A stretch of 44,096 nt of DNA from Paludibacteraceae bacterium (GTDB lineage: Bacteria > Bacillota > Negativicutes > Veillonellales > Dialisteraceae). Each line of letters opens with the position of its first letter. Position 1 is the first letter of the stretch. The stretch covers positions 1-44,096 of the forward strand of contig CAVBRV010000001.1 of NCBI GenBank assembly GCA_963597965.1, read 5' to 3'. The position numbers and the translations under genes were made by a program. Shown piece after piece: positions 9,961 through 19,969 of the stretch. The notes beneath the pieces are model-generated. The model was not told the origin of the DNA, did not search any database, and saw only the letters and a list, made by a program, of their open reading frames with translations.

Positions 9961-10674
9961 CTCACTGATTTTCACAATTTCCTCCATCGTCACTTTCCCC
10001 TCATACAGCGCTTTTCCTGTAATGGCACCATAGACGCCCATGTCCGACAGTTTTTGTAAGTCCGCCGCACAGGAAACGCCGCCGGAAGCGATGAGGTGAA
10101 TGCCGGGGAGGGCGTTCAAGGTTTCCATCATTTCAAAGTTCGGTCCAGAGAGCATGCCATCTCGGCTAATGTCGGTATACACGATAGTGGTCACTCCATT
10201 TTCCAAAAGGGTTTTCACAAAGGGCAGAACTTTCTGTTTGCTGCCATCCACCCAGCCATGGGTGGCCACCGTGTCTCCGTGAGCGTCCACGGAAACGGCG
10301 ATATGGTCGGCCCCATATTTCTTGGCTGCCTGGATAGCAAAGTAGGGATACGCCACTGCTTTGGAACCGATGATGACCCGGTCCACCCCATTTTCCAAAT
10401 GGGTTTTGATGGCTTCTTCGGTGCGAATACCACCGCCCACTTCGATAGGAATAGAAAGGACTTGGCACATTTTGTGAATGATTTCTGTATTCTGTCCACC
10501 TCCCTTGAACGCGCCGTCCAAGTCCACCACGTGCAGATATTTGGCTCCTTCTTTTTCCCACTTCAGCGCCATTTCCACCGGGTCATCCCCATAGACCGTG
10601 ATGTCCTGAAGTTTCCCCTGTTTGAGGCGGACGCAGTGCCCGTCTTCTATATCGATTGCTGGAAATATTTTCAT
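9958..10674 (-). CDS. hisA: ProFAR isomerase
   Basis: MKIFPAIDI..G.CVRL.QG, LHVVDLDGA and YTDISRDG motifs; ATG overlaps the hisH TGA. Confidence 0.96.
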   Translation of the reverse strand: MKIFPAIDIEDGHCVRLKQGKLQDITVYGDDPVEMALKWEKEGAKYLHVVDLDGAFKGGGQNTEIIHKMCQVLSIPIEVGGGIRTEEAIKTHLENGVDRVIIGSKAVAYPYFAIQAAKKYGADHIAVSVDAHGDTVATHGWVDGSKQKVLPFVKTLLENGVTTIVYTDISRDGMLSGPNFEMMETLNALPGIHLIASGGVSCAADLQKLSDMGVYGAITGKALYEGKVTMEEIVKISE

Positions 10675-11288
10675 GTTATCAACCACTTTGCTGTATTTTT
10701 CCAAATCTGGATTCCCACGTCCCCCGATTTTTCTGGATGAAATTGGAATCCCAAAACATTATCTTTCCCCACTACGGCCGGCACATTCACGCCGTAATCG
10801 GCAGTGGCAATGATGTCCTCGCTATCCGTTGGCGTTTTATAGTAAGAATGCACGAAATACACATAGCTATGTGCCGACAGCCCTTCCAGTACAAGATGGG
10901 CTCTTTTGACGACTAGCTCATTCCATCCCATGTGAGGGATTTTCAATTTCCCTTCAGGAAATAAAGCAATCCGTCCGGGAAGTAATCCCAAAGCCGGCAC
11001 TTCGCCCCCTTCTTCAGACGCCTCATAGAGAGCCTGCATACCCAGACAAATGCCCATGAGCTTTTTCCCTTTCCCCACTTCTTCCCGAAGAAGGCTGGTC
11101 AGACCATAGGCATCCAAATGGGCCATGGCATCTTTCATCGCCCCTACACCGGGAAGGATGAGCGCCTTGGCCGCCCGAATTTCTTCTGCATTTCGGGTCG
11201 TCACCGTATCGAGCCCCGCCCGCTGGGCCGCCCGCTCTACGTTCCGAAGATTTCCTGCATCATAATCAATGATCGCTACTTTCATCAT
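10671..11288 (-). CDS. hisH: Imidazole glycerol phosphate synthase, glutaminase subunit
   Basis: LPGVGA, GICLGMQ, PHMGWN, YFVHSY and QFHPEKS motifs. Confidence 0.97.
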   Translation of the reverse strand: MMKVAIIDYDAGNLRNVERAAQRAGLDTVTTRNAEEIRAAKALILPGVGAMKDAMAHLDAYGLTSLLREEVGKGKKLMGICLGMQALYEASEEGGEVPALGLLPGRIALFPEGKLKIPHMGWNELVVKRAHLVLEGLSAHSYVYFVHSYYKTPTDSEDIIATADYGVNVPAVVGKDNVLGFQFHPEKSGDVGIQIWKNTAKWLIT

Positions 11289-11869
11289 AGCACCCCTTTG
11301 GAGGATAGTACCCGGTCTCCTTCGATGGTGACCGCTTCTTTCAATGCATGCCCGATTCCTTTAAAAAGAGACTCTACGATATGATGTCCATTCACGCCGT
11401 ACAACGTCGCCATGTGGAGATTCATCTGGCTGTGATTGGCAAAAGCCAAGAAAAATTCTCTCGTCATTTCCGTTTCAAAAGAACCGATTCGTTCCACCGG
11501 GATTTCTACATCAAAAACCAGGTAGGGCCGACCGGAAATATCCAGCACAATGCGAGACAAGGCTTCATCCATGGGACAAAAGAAACAGCCATAACGATGA
11601 ATGCCCTTCTTGTCTCCCAGCGCCTTTCGGAACACTTCACCTAAAGTGATCCCGATGTCTTCAATGGTGTGATGATTGTCCACGTCTAAGTCACCGGTGC
11701 AGGTGAGTGAAATATCCATCCCACTGTGGACGGCGAGAAGATTCAGCATATGGTCAAAGAAACCGATTCCCGACGTGCCGGTGAATTGTCCTTTGCCATC
11801 GATGGTTAAGGTGATAGAAATATCCGTCTCGCCGGTCTTGCGGCGGAATGTTACGGTTCTTATGGTCAT
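11285..11869 (-). CDS. hisB: Imidazoleglycerol-phosphate dehydratase (monofunctional)
   Basis: GIGFFDHML, DNHHTIED, PMDEAL and NGHHIVES motifs. Confidence 0.97.
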   Translation of the reverse strand: MTIRTVTFRRKTGETDISITLTIDGKGQFTGTSGIGFFDHMLNLLAVHSGMDISLTCTGDLDVDNHHTIEDIGITLGEVFRKALGDKKGIHRYGCFFCPMDEALSRIVLDISGRPYLVFDVEIPVERIGSFETEMTREFFLAFANHSQMNLHMATLYGVNGHHIVESLFKGIGHALKEAVTIEGDRVLSSKGVL

Positions 11870-11873
11870 AGGA

Positions 11874-12326
11874 TTATTCTCCTTTTTCCATTACATAATT
11901 CGTCAAAGCGACTCCCTGTCGAATCACTTGCTGTTCTTTCACAACTCGATATCCTCGGTGCTCAAAAAATGGTTTGGCTGTGATAGAGGCATGGGTCATG
12001 AACGTGCTTTTCTTGGAAGAAGATTCTAGAGCATCACAAATGACAGAAGCAATCCCTTGGCGCTGGTAGTCTTGATGAACAAACAGTCTATCTAAATAAC
12101 CGGTGCTATCCATGTCCCCAAAGCCAACAATTTTTCCATTTTTGATAGCCACAAGCGTTTTATGTTTCAGAAAAGAGTCGTTCCATTCATAGAGGTCCAC
12201 CTGACCAGTGGCCCAAGCATCTAACTGCTCTTGGGTGTAATCTTTGGCATTGACACGATGAACCGTTTGATAAAACAACTGAGCCAACGGCTCACAATCA
12301 GAAGGGATATATTCCCGAAGATACAT
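11874..12326 (-). CDS. GNAT-family N-acetyltransferase (YafP-like)
   Basis: LDRLFVH.DYQRQGIAS acetyl-CoA motif, ASITAKPFFE.RGY; GAGG SD. Confidence 0.88.
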   Translation of the reverse strand: MYLREYIPSDCEPLAQLFYQTVHRVNAKDYTQEQLDAWATGQVDLYEWNDSFLKHKTLVAIKNGKIVGFGDMDSTGYLDRLFVHQDYQRQGIASVICDALESSSKKSTFMTHASITAKPFFEHRGYRVVKEQQVIRQGVALTNYVMEKGE

Positions 12327-12390
12327 ATTACGACCTCACAAATTCAGATATGTAGTGGGTGGTTATTCATTCGCTGATTTCTGCTGATGT

Positions 12391-12504
12391 AAAGGTTTCT
12401 CAGGTTGCTCAGGGTTCTAAAGGTTTCTCGAACGAGCGAATAACACTAACGTTCATCGGCACATTCGGAAAACCTGAGAAACCTTAGAAACTTGAGCAAC
12501 CTGT
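12391..12504. repeat. ~115-bp hairpin element, family E, with 9-mer arms
   Basis: (AGGTTTCTC/GGGTTCTAA)n-TCTCGAACGAGC...GGCACATTCGGAAA-(CCTGAGAAA/CCTTAGAAA)n. Confidence 0.85.
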
Positions 12505-12533
12505 CACCGCTAGCGAGAGTTATCAACTGCCGC

Positions 12534-13604
12534 TTACCTCATCACCGCTTTAAACACATCTACCAACACATCATCCACTTCCGGTGTGGTCACGGAAATA
12601 CGGAATCCACCAGGGATCTCCTGGCTATTTCTATAAATCTTCACCAAAATATCTTTCTGGCGAAGGGCTTCAAAGATTTCTTCCTGCTTTTCTGCCACCT
12701 GCACCAAGAGGAAATTGGTACAAGACGGATAGACCGTCACACCAGGAATATTTTTCAGCAGACCATAGAGACGATCCCGTTCTACATTGATAGAATCTCG
12801 TACTTTGAAAATTTCATTTCTATGACGGACCACAATGGGCGCGAAGAGCTGGGTGAAGGCATTCAGATTGTACGGCGCTTTCACTTTCGCAATGGCTTCG
12901 ATGATGTCTTTCTGGGCCACTAAGTAGCCGCAGCGCATGCCAGCCAGGGCGAAGGCTTTCGACAAGGTGCGGAGCACAATGAGATTCGGATATGTCTCAA
13001 TGAGAGAAATGACGCTTTCCTTCTGGGCAAATTCCATATAGGCTTCATCCACGAAGACTATGTTTTCTGCGGCTTGGAGCACTTCTTCGATATAGGACGC
13101 CGGGAGCAAATCACCAGTAGGGTTATTCGGATTGCAAATGACCGTCACTTTCGGCTGATATTTCTTCACCGCTTCCAACAAACCTTTCTGGTCTCGCTGG
13201 TAACCAGGCAAATCGTTTACTTTGATAGTGGAAGCGCCCAGCGTTTCTGCGCCCAGTTCATACATATCGAAGGTTGGCGAATGAACGAGAATCTGGTCTC
13301 CTGGGTCCAAGAAAGTCCCCAAGAGGTAGGAAATCATTTCATCCCCGCCGTTCCCGCAAATGATATTTTCTGGGGTGCAGCCGATATAGTCCGCCAGCGC
13401 TTCCCGGAGACCATCGGTCATGGGCTTCGGGTAAATCTGGGGCTGGAAAGAATCCAGTGCTTTCACCAAATCTTCCTTCACCGCTGGGATGGAGAGCACA
13501 TTGAGATAATTTTCATTGGCATTGATCACGTGCTTTTCCGCGATAGGGGCTACGAAATAGGGATCAAAATTTGCAATCGTTTTTCTCAGCCATTCAGTCT
13601 TCAT
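12534..13604 (-). CDS. hisC: Histidinol-phosphate aminotransferase
   Basis: NANEN, GNGGDE, CNPNNPTG, VDEAY.EF and RTLSKAFALAGMR PLP motifs; start at MKTEW. Confidence 0.95.
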   Translation of the reverse strand: MKTEWLRKTIANFDPYFVAPIAEKHVINANENYLNVLSIPAVKEDLVKALDSFQPQIYPKPMTDGLREALADYIGCTPENIICGNGGDEMISYLLGTFLDPGDQILVHSPTFDMYELGAETLGASTIKVNDLPGYQRDQKGLLEAVKKYQPKVTVICNPNNPTGDLLPASYIEEVLQAAENIVFVDEAYMEFAQKESVISLIETYPNLIVLRTLSKAFALAGMRCGYLVAQKDIIEAIAKVKAPYNLNAFTQLFAPIVVRHRNEIFKVRDSINVERDRLYGLLKNIPGVTVYPSCTNFLLVQVAEKQEEIFEALRQKDILVKIYRNSQEIPGGFRISVTTPEVDDVLVDVFKAVMR

Positions 13605-14883
13605 CGCGCACCCCCATAGCATTGGCATGAGCGGTCAGACCTTCTGCTTTGGCGAAAAGCTGTACTTTCTTGGAAATATTCTGGAAAGCGGCTTTATCAT
13701 ACATTTCTACGCTGCTGTGTTTCACGAAATCATAAACACCCAGCGGCGAAGAGAAAGCAGCGGTGCCAGAGGTCGGCAGAGTATGGTTCGGACCAGCCAT
13801 GTAGTCTCCAATCGGTTCGGAGGTATATTTCCCTAAGAAAATGGCACCTGCATTATAAATGAGCGGTAAGTACTGCTTCGGATTCGGCAGTTCCACTTCC
13901 AAGTGTTCCGGTGCAATCTTGTTCACAATGTCGAAGCACTGGGCCGCATCTTTGCACAGGAAGGCTTTCGCATAATCATCGACGGAGCTCTTCATGATTT
14001 CATAACGAGACAGCTCTTTCATCTGCCGTTCCATTTCGGCCTGTACTTTTTCACCAAATTCTTTGTCTGGGGTAATCAGAAATACAGCGGCTCTGGGATC
14101 ATGTTCGGCCTGGGACAGAAGGTCTGCCGCAATCCACGTGGGGTTCGCGCTACCATCAGCCACGCAGCACACTTCCGACGGGCCCGCAATCATATCGATA
14201 CCGACCGTACCAAAGACAAGGCGCTTTGCCATAGACACAAAGGCATTCCCTGGACCTACGATTTTGAAAACTGGTTCCACCGTTTCCGTGCCATAAGCCA
14301 GCATAGCAATGCCCTGGGCGCCACCTACTTTATAAATTTCCTTTACGCCTGCTACATAAGCAGCGGCGAGAATATTCGGATTCACCTTGCCGTCTTTTCC
14401 TGGAGGCGTTGCCATAGCCACCGACGGACAACCAGCCACCAGGGCCGGCACCGTGTCCATCAGGACCGTAGATGGATAGGCCGCACGACCACCAGGAACA
14501 TAGACGCCGACACGCTGAATCGGAAGAAATTGTTCGCCCAGTGTGACGCCTGGGCGAAATTCTTTCGTCCAGGACTTTCTCACCTGTTCTTTGTGGAAAG
14601 TTTCGATATTCGCCTTCGCTTCTTTCAGTACATCCAAAAATTCCGGTGTCACTTTCGTCAAAGCTTCCTGGATTTCTTCATTGGTTACCTGGAAACTATC
14701 AAGTTCCACGCCATCAAATTTCTTCGTCAAAGCGCGAATCGCATCATCGCCGCCAGTCCGCACCTGTTCCAAAATGGCAGACACGGTCTTTTCCAAATCC
14801 TCCGACAAGTTCACATTTCTGTTCGTCAAAGTGCGTACTTCACGCAAAGATAATCCATTTTTAGGTACTGTAATCCAGTTCAT
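13594..14883 (-). CDS. hisD: Histidinol dehydrogenase
   Basis: GVYVPGG.A.YPS, GPGNAFV, IDMIAGPSE, DLLSQAEHD, APEHLE and GPNHTLPT motifs. Confidence 0.97.
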   Translation of the reverse strand: MNWITVPKNGLSLREVRTLTNRNVNLSEDLEKTVSAILEQVRTGGDDAIRALTKKFDGVELDSFQVTNEEIQEALTKVTPEFLDVLKEAKANIETFHKEQVRKSWTKEFRPGVTLGEQFLPIQRVGVYVPGGRAAYPSTVLMDTVPALVAGCPSVAMATPPGKDGKVNPNILAAAYVAGVKEIYKVGGAQGIAMLAYGTETVEPVFKIVGPGNAFVSMAKRLVFGTVGIDMIAGPSEVCCVADGSANPTWIAADLLSQAEHDPRAAVFLITPDKEFGEKVQAEMERQMKELSRYEIMKSSVDDYAKAFLCKDAAQCFDIVNKIAPEHLEVELPNPKQYLPLIYNAGAIFLGKYTSEPIGDYMAGPNHTLPTSGTAAFSSPLGVYDFVKHSSVEMYDKAAFQNISKKVQLFAKAEGLTAHANAMGVRDED

Positions 14884-14909
14884 GATTTTTCCTTCTTCCT
14901 TTTTATATG

Positions 14910-14980
14910 TAGGGATTAGGGATTAGTAGCTAGGGATTAGAAAACTATGCACCTAATCCCCAATCCCTAGCTACTAATCA
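14910..14980. repeat. Inverted heptamer pair (GGGATTA)n...(TAATCCC)n filling the hisG-hisD gap
   Basis: TAGGGATTAGGGATTAGTAGCTAGGGATTAG...CTAATCCCCAATCCCTAGCTACTAATC. Confidence 0.9.
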
Positions 14981-14981
14981 T

Positions 14982-15602
14982 CTATTCCGGTTTCACCAAA
15001 TTAATAAACTCCTTCAATTCCGCCTGTTTCATTTTATACGCCACTTTATTACAAATGAGGCGGGCGGAGAAGTCCATGAAATAGTCGTACACTTCCATGC
15101 CATTTTCTTTCAAGGTGGTACCGGTTTCTACAATGTCCACAATCACATCTGAGAGCCCTACCAGAGGGGCTAACTCGACAGAACCGTTCAGCTTGATAAT
15201 ATCGATGGGCTGGAAGCGATCGGCGAAATATTTCCTTGCAATCTTCGGATATTTCGAGGCCACCGTGAGGATGCGCTTATTCATCACATCCTGCTTCCCT
15301 TTGATGCCAGACACCGCCATGCGGCACTTTCCGATGCCCAGGTCTAGCACTTCGTACACGTCTTCTTCCCCATCTTCCATGAGGACGTCCTTTCCCACAA
15401 TCCCCGCATCCGCCGCACCTCGCTGGACGTAGACCGTCACGTCCGGAGATTTCACCAAAGTCACACGGATACGCTCCTGGTCGTCCGTGAAAATGAGTTT
15501 TCGACTTTCATCAGAATAATCGGGGAAATGGAAGCCTCCTTCTGCCAAGCGCTTAATCACCGTCTTGGCAATGCGCCCCTTGGCTAGTGCAATATTGAGC
15601 AT
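14982..15602 (-). CDS. hisG: ATP phosphoribosyltransferase, short form
   Basis: IALAKGRI, GIVGKDVL, ASKYP and GSVELAPLVGLSDVIVDIVETGTTLKEN motifs. Confidence 0.97.
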   Translation of the reverse strand: MLNIALAKGRIAKTVIKRLAEGGFHFPDYSDESRKLIFTDDQERIRVTLVKSPDVTVYVQRGAADAGIVGKDVLMEDGEEDVYEVLDLGIGKCRMAVSGIKGKQDVMNKRILTVASKYPKIARKYFADRFQPIDIIKLNGSVELAPLVGLSDVIVDIVETGTTLKENGMEVYDYFMDFSARLICNKVAYKMKQAELKEFINLVKPE

Positions 15603-15627
15603 CTCAAAGACCTCCTCTTATATCTAT

Positions 15628-15691
15628 TGGTAGCTCGTGACTGGTGACTAGTGACTAGGAAAAAGCCCCAGTCACTAGTCACCAGTCACTG
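15628..15691. repeat. Inverted heptamer pair (GTGACTR family) in the hisZ-hisG gap
   Basis: TGGTAGCTCGTGACTGGTGACTAGTGACTAG...CCAGTCACTAGTCACCAGTCAC. Confidence 0.9.
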
Positions 15692-15696
15692 TCAAA

Positions 15697-16905
15697 CTAC
15701 TTTAACGTTTTCTCTAACTCCGCAGCGGTCATGCTCTTTCCCTCGAAAAGGAAATGTCCATTCTCGTAAGTAACGACTTTCTTATAATCTCCCACTTCAA
15801 TTTGATTTCCTTGGCTCACGCCCATGACAGAATAGCCTGCTCTTCTCCATTTCATCAAAGAGAGAATCAAATCCCGGTCCGGCTCGTCATAAATCACAGC
15901 CAAATCGCAAGAAGGCACCCGTTCTTCCAAGAGCCCCTCTTCCGCCATGACTTCATAGAGCAGATTCATATTCATGCCAAAGCCACACGCCGGCCGCGGC
16001 ACGTGGAACTGGGCCGCCAGCGAATCATACCGCCCACCGCTGATAAGGGAATACAATGCCCCGTCCGCATAAATCCGAAATACCAAATCGGTGTAGTACC
16101 CCATATGAGACGTAAATCCCAAATCCAGCTGCACTCGATCGCTATAGCCGGCCACATCCAAGTAAGTATACACCTTCTGAAGCCTCTGCAAAGCAACCGT
16201 CATTTTGTGATTGAGGCAGAGCCCTTCAGCCCGTTTCAAAGTGTCTTCATAATTGCCAAAAAGCCGTGGCAATTCCAGCAGCACATCCCGCTGAATTTTC
16301 GTGATAGATAAAGTGTCCGCCAAATTTTCAAAAGCCACCAAATTTCGCTTCTCCATGTACTCTCGTACCAAAGCAAGCTCACCGTCGGTCAGATGCAACT
16401 CCTCGAAAAGGGCATCCATGTAAGCCACCGTCCCCAAATCGATCCGCATCTGATGAATGCCCACCGACTCCAAGAACTCCGCCGCCATGACCATCACTTC
16501 CCCATCACACTCCGGCGTCTCATCCCCCAGAACCTCTACACCGCTTTGGAGGAAATATTTTCCATGAGTGGACTTCCCGTAATATTCACGAAAGACCACC
16601 GACACGTAGCCAAATTTCAAAAGCTGCTTCGCATCGGGATACTCCCGCGACGCGGTCTTCACCAGAGGCACCGTCACATCCGGCCGCATCACCAGGATTT
16701 CCCCATCCGGTCCGATGGTTTTGATCATCTCTCTTTGAAGCTGTGGGAAATACCGACCGTAGGTATCATAATCCTCAAAGGTGGGTGTCTGGATAATCTT
16801 GCACCCATGCCGCCGCATGACTCCCACCACGGCTCCCTCAATGCGGTCGTAGTTTTTCATTTCTTCTTCATGTACCATTTTTAAATCATCTATTCCATGA
16901 GACAT
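15697..16905 (-). CDS. hisZ: ATP phosphoribosyltransferase regulatory subunit
   Basis: HisRS-like motifs TPTFE, MRPDVT, Q.GVE, GYYT and SGGRYD.L; directly upstream of short hisG. Confidence 0.93.
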   Translation of the reverse strand: MSHGIDDLKMVHEEEMKNYDRIEGAVVGVMRRHGCKIIQTPTFEDYDTYGRYFPQLQREMIKTIGPDGEILVMRPDVTVPLVKTASREYPDAKQLLKFGYVSVVFREYYGKSTHGKYFLQSGVEVLGDETPECDGEVMVMAAEFLESVGIHQMRIDLGTVAYMDALFEELHLTDGELALVREYMEKRNLVAFENLADTLSITKIQRDVLLELPRLFGNYEDTLKRAEGLCLNHKMTVALQRLQKVYTYLDVAGYSDRVQLDLGFTSHMGYYTDLVFRIYADGALYSLISGGRYDSLAAQFHVPRPACGFGMNMNLLYEVMAEEGLLEERVPSCDLAVIYDEPDRDLILSLMKWRRAGYSVMGVSQGNQIEVGDYKKVVTYENGHFLFEGKSMTAAELEKTLK

Positions 16906-16922
16906 AAGACGCCTCCTTACTT

Positions 16923-17044
16923 ACAGGTTTCTCAGGGTTCTCAAGGTGCTAAGGGTTCTCACGTTTCTCGAATGAGTTGATAATGCTAGTATGTATTGGC
17001 ACATTCGAGAAACCTGAGCAGCCTTAGAAACTTGAGCAACCTGT
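16923..17044. repeat. Family-E hairpin element in the his operon leader, next to the hisZ SD
   Basis: ACAGGTTTCTCAGGG...TTTCTCGAATGAG...GGCACATTCGAGAAA...GAGCAACCTGT. Confidence 0.88.
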
Positions 17045-17134
17045 ACCCACAAACGAAATTATCCCAACTCACGCAAATCCTTAAGGAAACAGCATTCCTA
17101 GTCACCAGTCACCATGTGTTCTTTGCTGTAGTTA

Positions 17135-17154
17135 TACTTTATCACGATAAAGAG
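17135..17154. promoter_or_regulatory. Candidate HisR (YerC) operator upstream of the his operon
   Basis: TACTTTATCACGATAAAGAG with perfect CTTTATC-N2-GATAAAG core; fits the YACTTTA-N6-TAAAGTR-type HisR motif of Firmicutes as I recall it. Confidence 0.7.
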
Positions 17155-17383
17155 AAGAAGTAAAGAGGCTTCATGAAAATTTTTCAAATTTCTTTGTTTG
17201 TAGTTTTTTATTGGTTATTTGATTAGCAATAGGATTTCAAATCTTTCTTTGAAAAATGTATCTGCTTCATTTGATCTTCTATCTACGTCATTTTTAACTC
17301 AAATGACGTAAATACGCTGTTTGTATGATGCAATTTGGTTTTAAAAGTATCAAAAAAGACGCGCAACTCACACCGCGTCTCTT

Positions 17384-17907
17384 TTATATCAGCTTTTCTA
17401 CTTCTGTCACTACATCCAGATTTTTCTTTTGAATATCCCCATCCTGCTTCATTTCTTCTATAGTCATCCAATAGTAAGTCACGTCATCCAGTTTAAAGAA
17501 AGGCTGCTTCATGCTTTCTGGGAAATTAGAAATATGTCCCTCATAAAACACATGGTCATACCCCCGCATTTCATGGTGCCGTTCGGAATATTTCTGTTGC
17601 AAAGCTTGTCCTTTTTTGTCAGCTCGATAGCATCCACAGGAATTTTCAAAGCCCCAGAAATTTTCTGCTTCAAGAAATCCACATTCTGCGTTTCCGTCAG
17701 CTGCATCGGATAATTCAAGAAAAAGCGACAATTCCAAGTTTTATCCTCATAAACCAAGTATCGATTAGGATATTTCTGAAATGTATCTTTGATAGCCACG
17801 ATGGAATGGTGATGGGCTGTCTGATCTAAATCAACGATTTCATTTCCTAACTTCTTATGATTATATACCATCCCTTTGTACGCCTCCCAAATGGCTACAG
17901 CAATCAT
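17384..17907 (-). pseudogene. Frameshifted, probably 5'-truncated hypothetical gene
   Basis: ORFs 17509-17907 and 17384-17737 fuse if one A is added at the A6G run (17611-17617); the frame runs upstream as hydrophobic SLGVV into the MITE edge; terminator-like hairpin at 17352-17385. Confidence 0.65.
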
Positions 17908-17919
17908 GACTACGCCCAG

Positions 17920-18078
17920 TGAAGCACTGATTTAATCGTTATTTGAAATGATTCTTGAATTTTTACTCAAAGCGAGGAAAGAAAATCCGCGAATAGCAAG
18001 CTATTTAAGGATTTCCTTGACGAAGATTTGGATAAAAATTCATATCATTTCAAACTCTTTGATTAAATCAGCGTTTCC
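17920..18078. mobile_element. 159-bp MITE-like element, copy 1 (degenerate left TIR)
   Basis: tGAAgCACTGATTTAATC...GATTAAATCAGCGTTTCC followed by CTAG; near-identical to 21097-21255. Confidence 0.8.
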
Positions 18079-18220
18079 CTAGATCTACCCCCTCTTGTAT
18101 TCTCCCCCCGACGGGGAGACGAGACGCCAGTGCTACTATCCGCAGTCTCAACATACTGCCAACTGCCCACGCTTTTCCTATTTTCCTAATCCCCAGCTAC
18201 TAATCCCCAGTCACAAGTCA

Positions 18221-19318
18221 CTAAAGAAGCCCATACAGTACATCCACCACATCTTTTGCACTATCTGGATGGGCCTTGCCACAGGCGTCTGCCATTTTCT
18301 GGCGAAGGGTCGCGTCTCGCAAAATCCGGCGTACCGTGTCGGCGAGTTCACCTCGCTTTACCCATTCGGCACAGCCTTGGTTTTTCATATGCATCGCATT
18401 GGCTCGTTCTTGGCCGGGCAGGGTATTCACGAGAACCATAGGAAGGTGCATCACCATGGCTTCGGTGCAGGTGAGGGCGCCGGGTTTGGTCACCAAGATT
18501 TCACTTCTTGCCATGATGTCTGCCACTTTATTGGTGTAGCTGTGAAGTTCGACGGGGTGGTGCATTTTTTCGGCCATGGCTGCCACTTTTTCGTAGAGGC
18601 CAATATTTTTCCCGGTAATCACGATGAATTTGGATATTTCCTCGACTTCATCGAGGCGGGAAATATTGTCCACCACGTTTCCCAGTCCCAGGCCGCCGCC
18701 CATGACGAGGACGGTTCCTTTTTCCATGGGCGGATGGGCTGTTTCTTTTTCGTAAAAGGCTTTCCGCACGGGGATGCCGGTCACGTGAATCCGCTCGGTG
18801 GCAATCCCATAAGTCGCCATCAGGTCTTTCAAGTCCGATGTTGCCACGCAGAAGGCGTCTAGGTATTTGTCAATCCAGAGCTGGTGAATATCGAAGTCCG
18901 TAATGACTCCCATCATAGGCAGGTCGGTACTCCCCTCTTCTTTCAAAAGGTCTGCCGCGCCTGCCGGGAAGGGATGGGTGAAAATCATGGCGTCCGGTTT
19001 CAAAGTGCGAATCAGATTTTTCATTCGTTTCTTGAAGGACAGGGAGAGCATTTTCTGTGACATTTGCCCGAAGCGGCTGCTTTGGGAGTCGCTATACAGG
19101 TGGTCGTACATGGTGGGAAATACATCAATCATTTTCAGGTAGGTGTCTTTGATGATGTGGTCCACGGAGAAGAGTTTGCTGGACACGAAATCGAGCACGC
19201 TCACCGAATCGGCCGGGTGGGTCTGCTGGATAGCCTCTGCGATCGCCCTGGCGGCCTGGCTGTGCCCGGTGCCGATGCTGGCTGTCAATATGATAAATTT
19301 ACGAGCTGGCTCTGCCAT
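18221..19318 (-). CDS. MGDG synthase / UgtP-like diacylglycerol glycosyltransferase (GT28)
   Basis: TASIGTGHSQAA, THPF, VITDF..H..W, TGIPVR, KPGALTCTEA and PGQERAN motifs; start at MAEP behind a GGAG SD. Confidence 0.9.
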   Translation of the reverse strand: MAEPARKFIILTASIGTGHSQAARAIAEAIQQTHPADSVSVLDFVSSKLFSVDHIIKDTYLKMIDVFPTMYDHLYSDSQSSRFGQMSQKMLSLSFKKRMKNLIRTLKPDAMIFTHPFPAGAADLLKEEGSTDLPMMGVITDFDIHQLWIDKYLDAFCVATSDLKDLMATYGIATERIHVTGIPVRKAFYEKETAHPPMEKGTVLVMGGGLGLGNVVDNISRLDEVEEISKFIVITGKNIGLYEKVAAMAEKMHHPVELHSYTNKVADIMARSEILVTKPGALTCTEAMVMHLPMVLVNTLPGQERANAMHMKNQGCAEWVKRGELADTVRRILRDATLRQKMADACGKAHPDSAKDVVDVLYGLL

Positions 19319-19540
19319 TCCATGTCTCCCTTTTTGATTAAACAGGTTTCTCAGGGTTCTAAGGGTTCTCAAGGTTCTCAGGTTATACAAAGATTTCGCC
19401 TGCCATCACCTATCTCGATTCCATTTTGCCTTTTAGAAACACTGTATGTAGTAAATGGTCTTATCATCGATAAATTATAACATAGTCAAAGGCAATAAAA
19501 AAGAGTGGTGAGACTAACCGCCATCGCAGGACACCTAACT

Positions 19541-19697
19541 GTCATTCCGATCGAAGTGGAGAAATGGCGATAGAAAGAATACCATTTGTGCAATCAAGCC
19601 CTTGTCGCTACTGCTGTTGAGATTTCTCCACTCAGGGACACAAATCTATTTATTTCTGTATCATCACTTTGCACAAATACGATCGGTCGAAATGACG
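19541..19697. repeat. Family-B variant with a compact left arm
   Basis: GTCATTCCGATCGAAGTGGAGAAAT...GAGATTTCTCCACTCAGGGACAC...CGGTCGAAATGACG. Confidence 0.8.
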
Positions 19698-19969
19698 AAT
19701 TCCGCTAGGAGTGAACATTACCGGGTACGCAATCATGAACATAATGAAATATACCGCTAGAGCAACCCCCTCTGCCTACGGCATCTCCCCCAACGGGGGC
19801 GATAAATAAGGTGTAAACTTACTTACCCAAAAAATATGATACTCCGCGGCGCTTCCAAATTTTGTGCGCCGCCACCACCACTCCTCACTCCTCATTCCTA
19901 ACTCCTCATTATATAAAAAGCGGTAAGCAGCAAAAATACTGCCTACCGCCTACTGCATACTGCCAACTA

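Noticed and set aside
16906..17380. T-box or histidine leader-peptide attenuator upstream of the his operon
   Set aside because: No AGGGTGGNACCGCG T-box motif or His-codon run found; the hairpin there is a dispersed family-E repeat
19319..19390. N-terminal extensions such as LRTLRTLRN, NNQQLTTNNQQ and HHSSLLTPNSS (also 24398-24490, 26379-26498, 32786-32926)
   Set aside because: They are translations of 9-mer and heptamer repeats; SD sequences and signal peptides support the downstream starts
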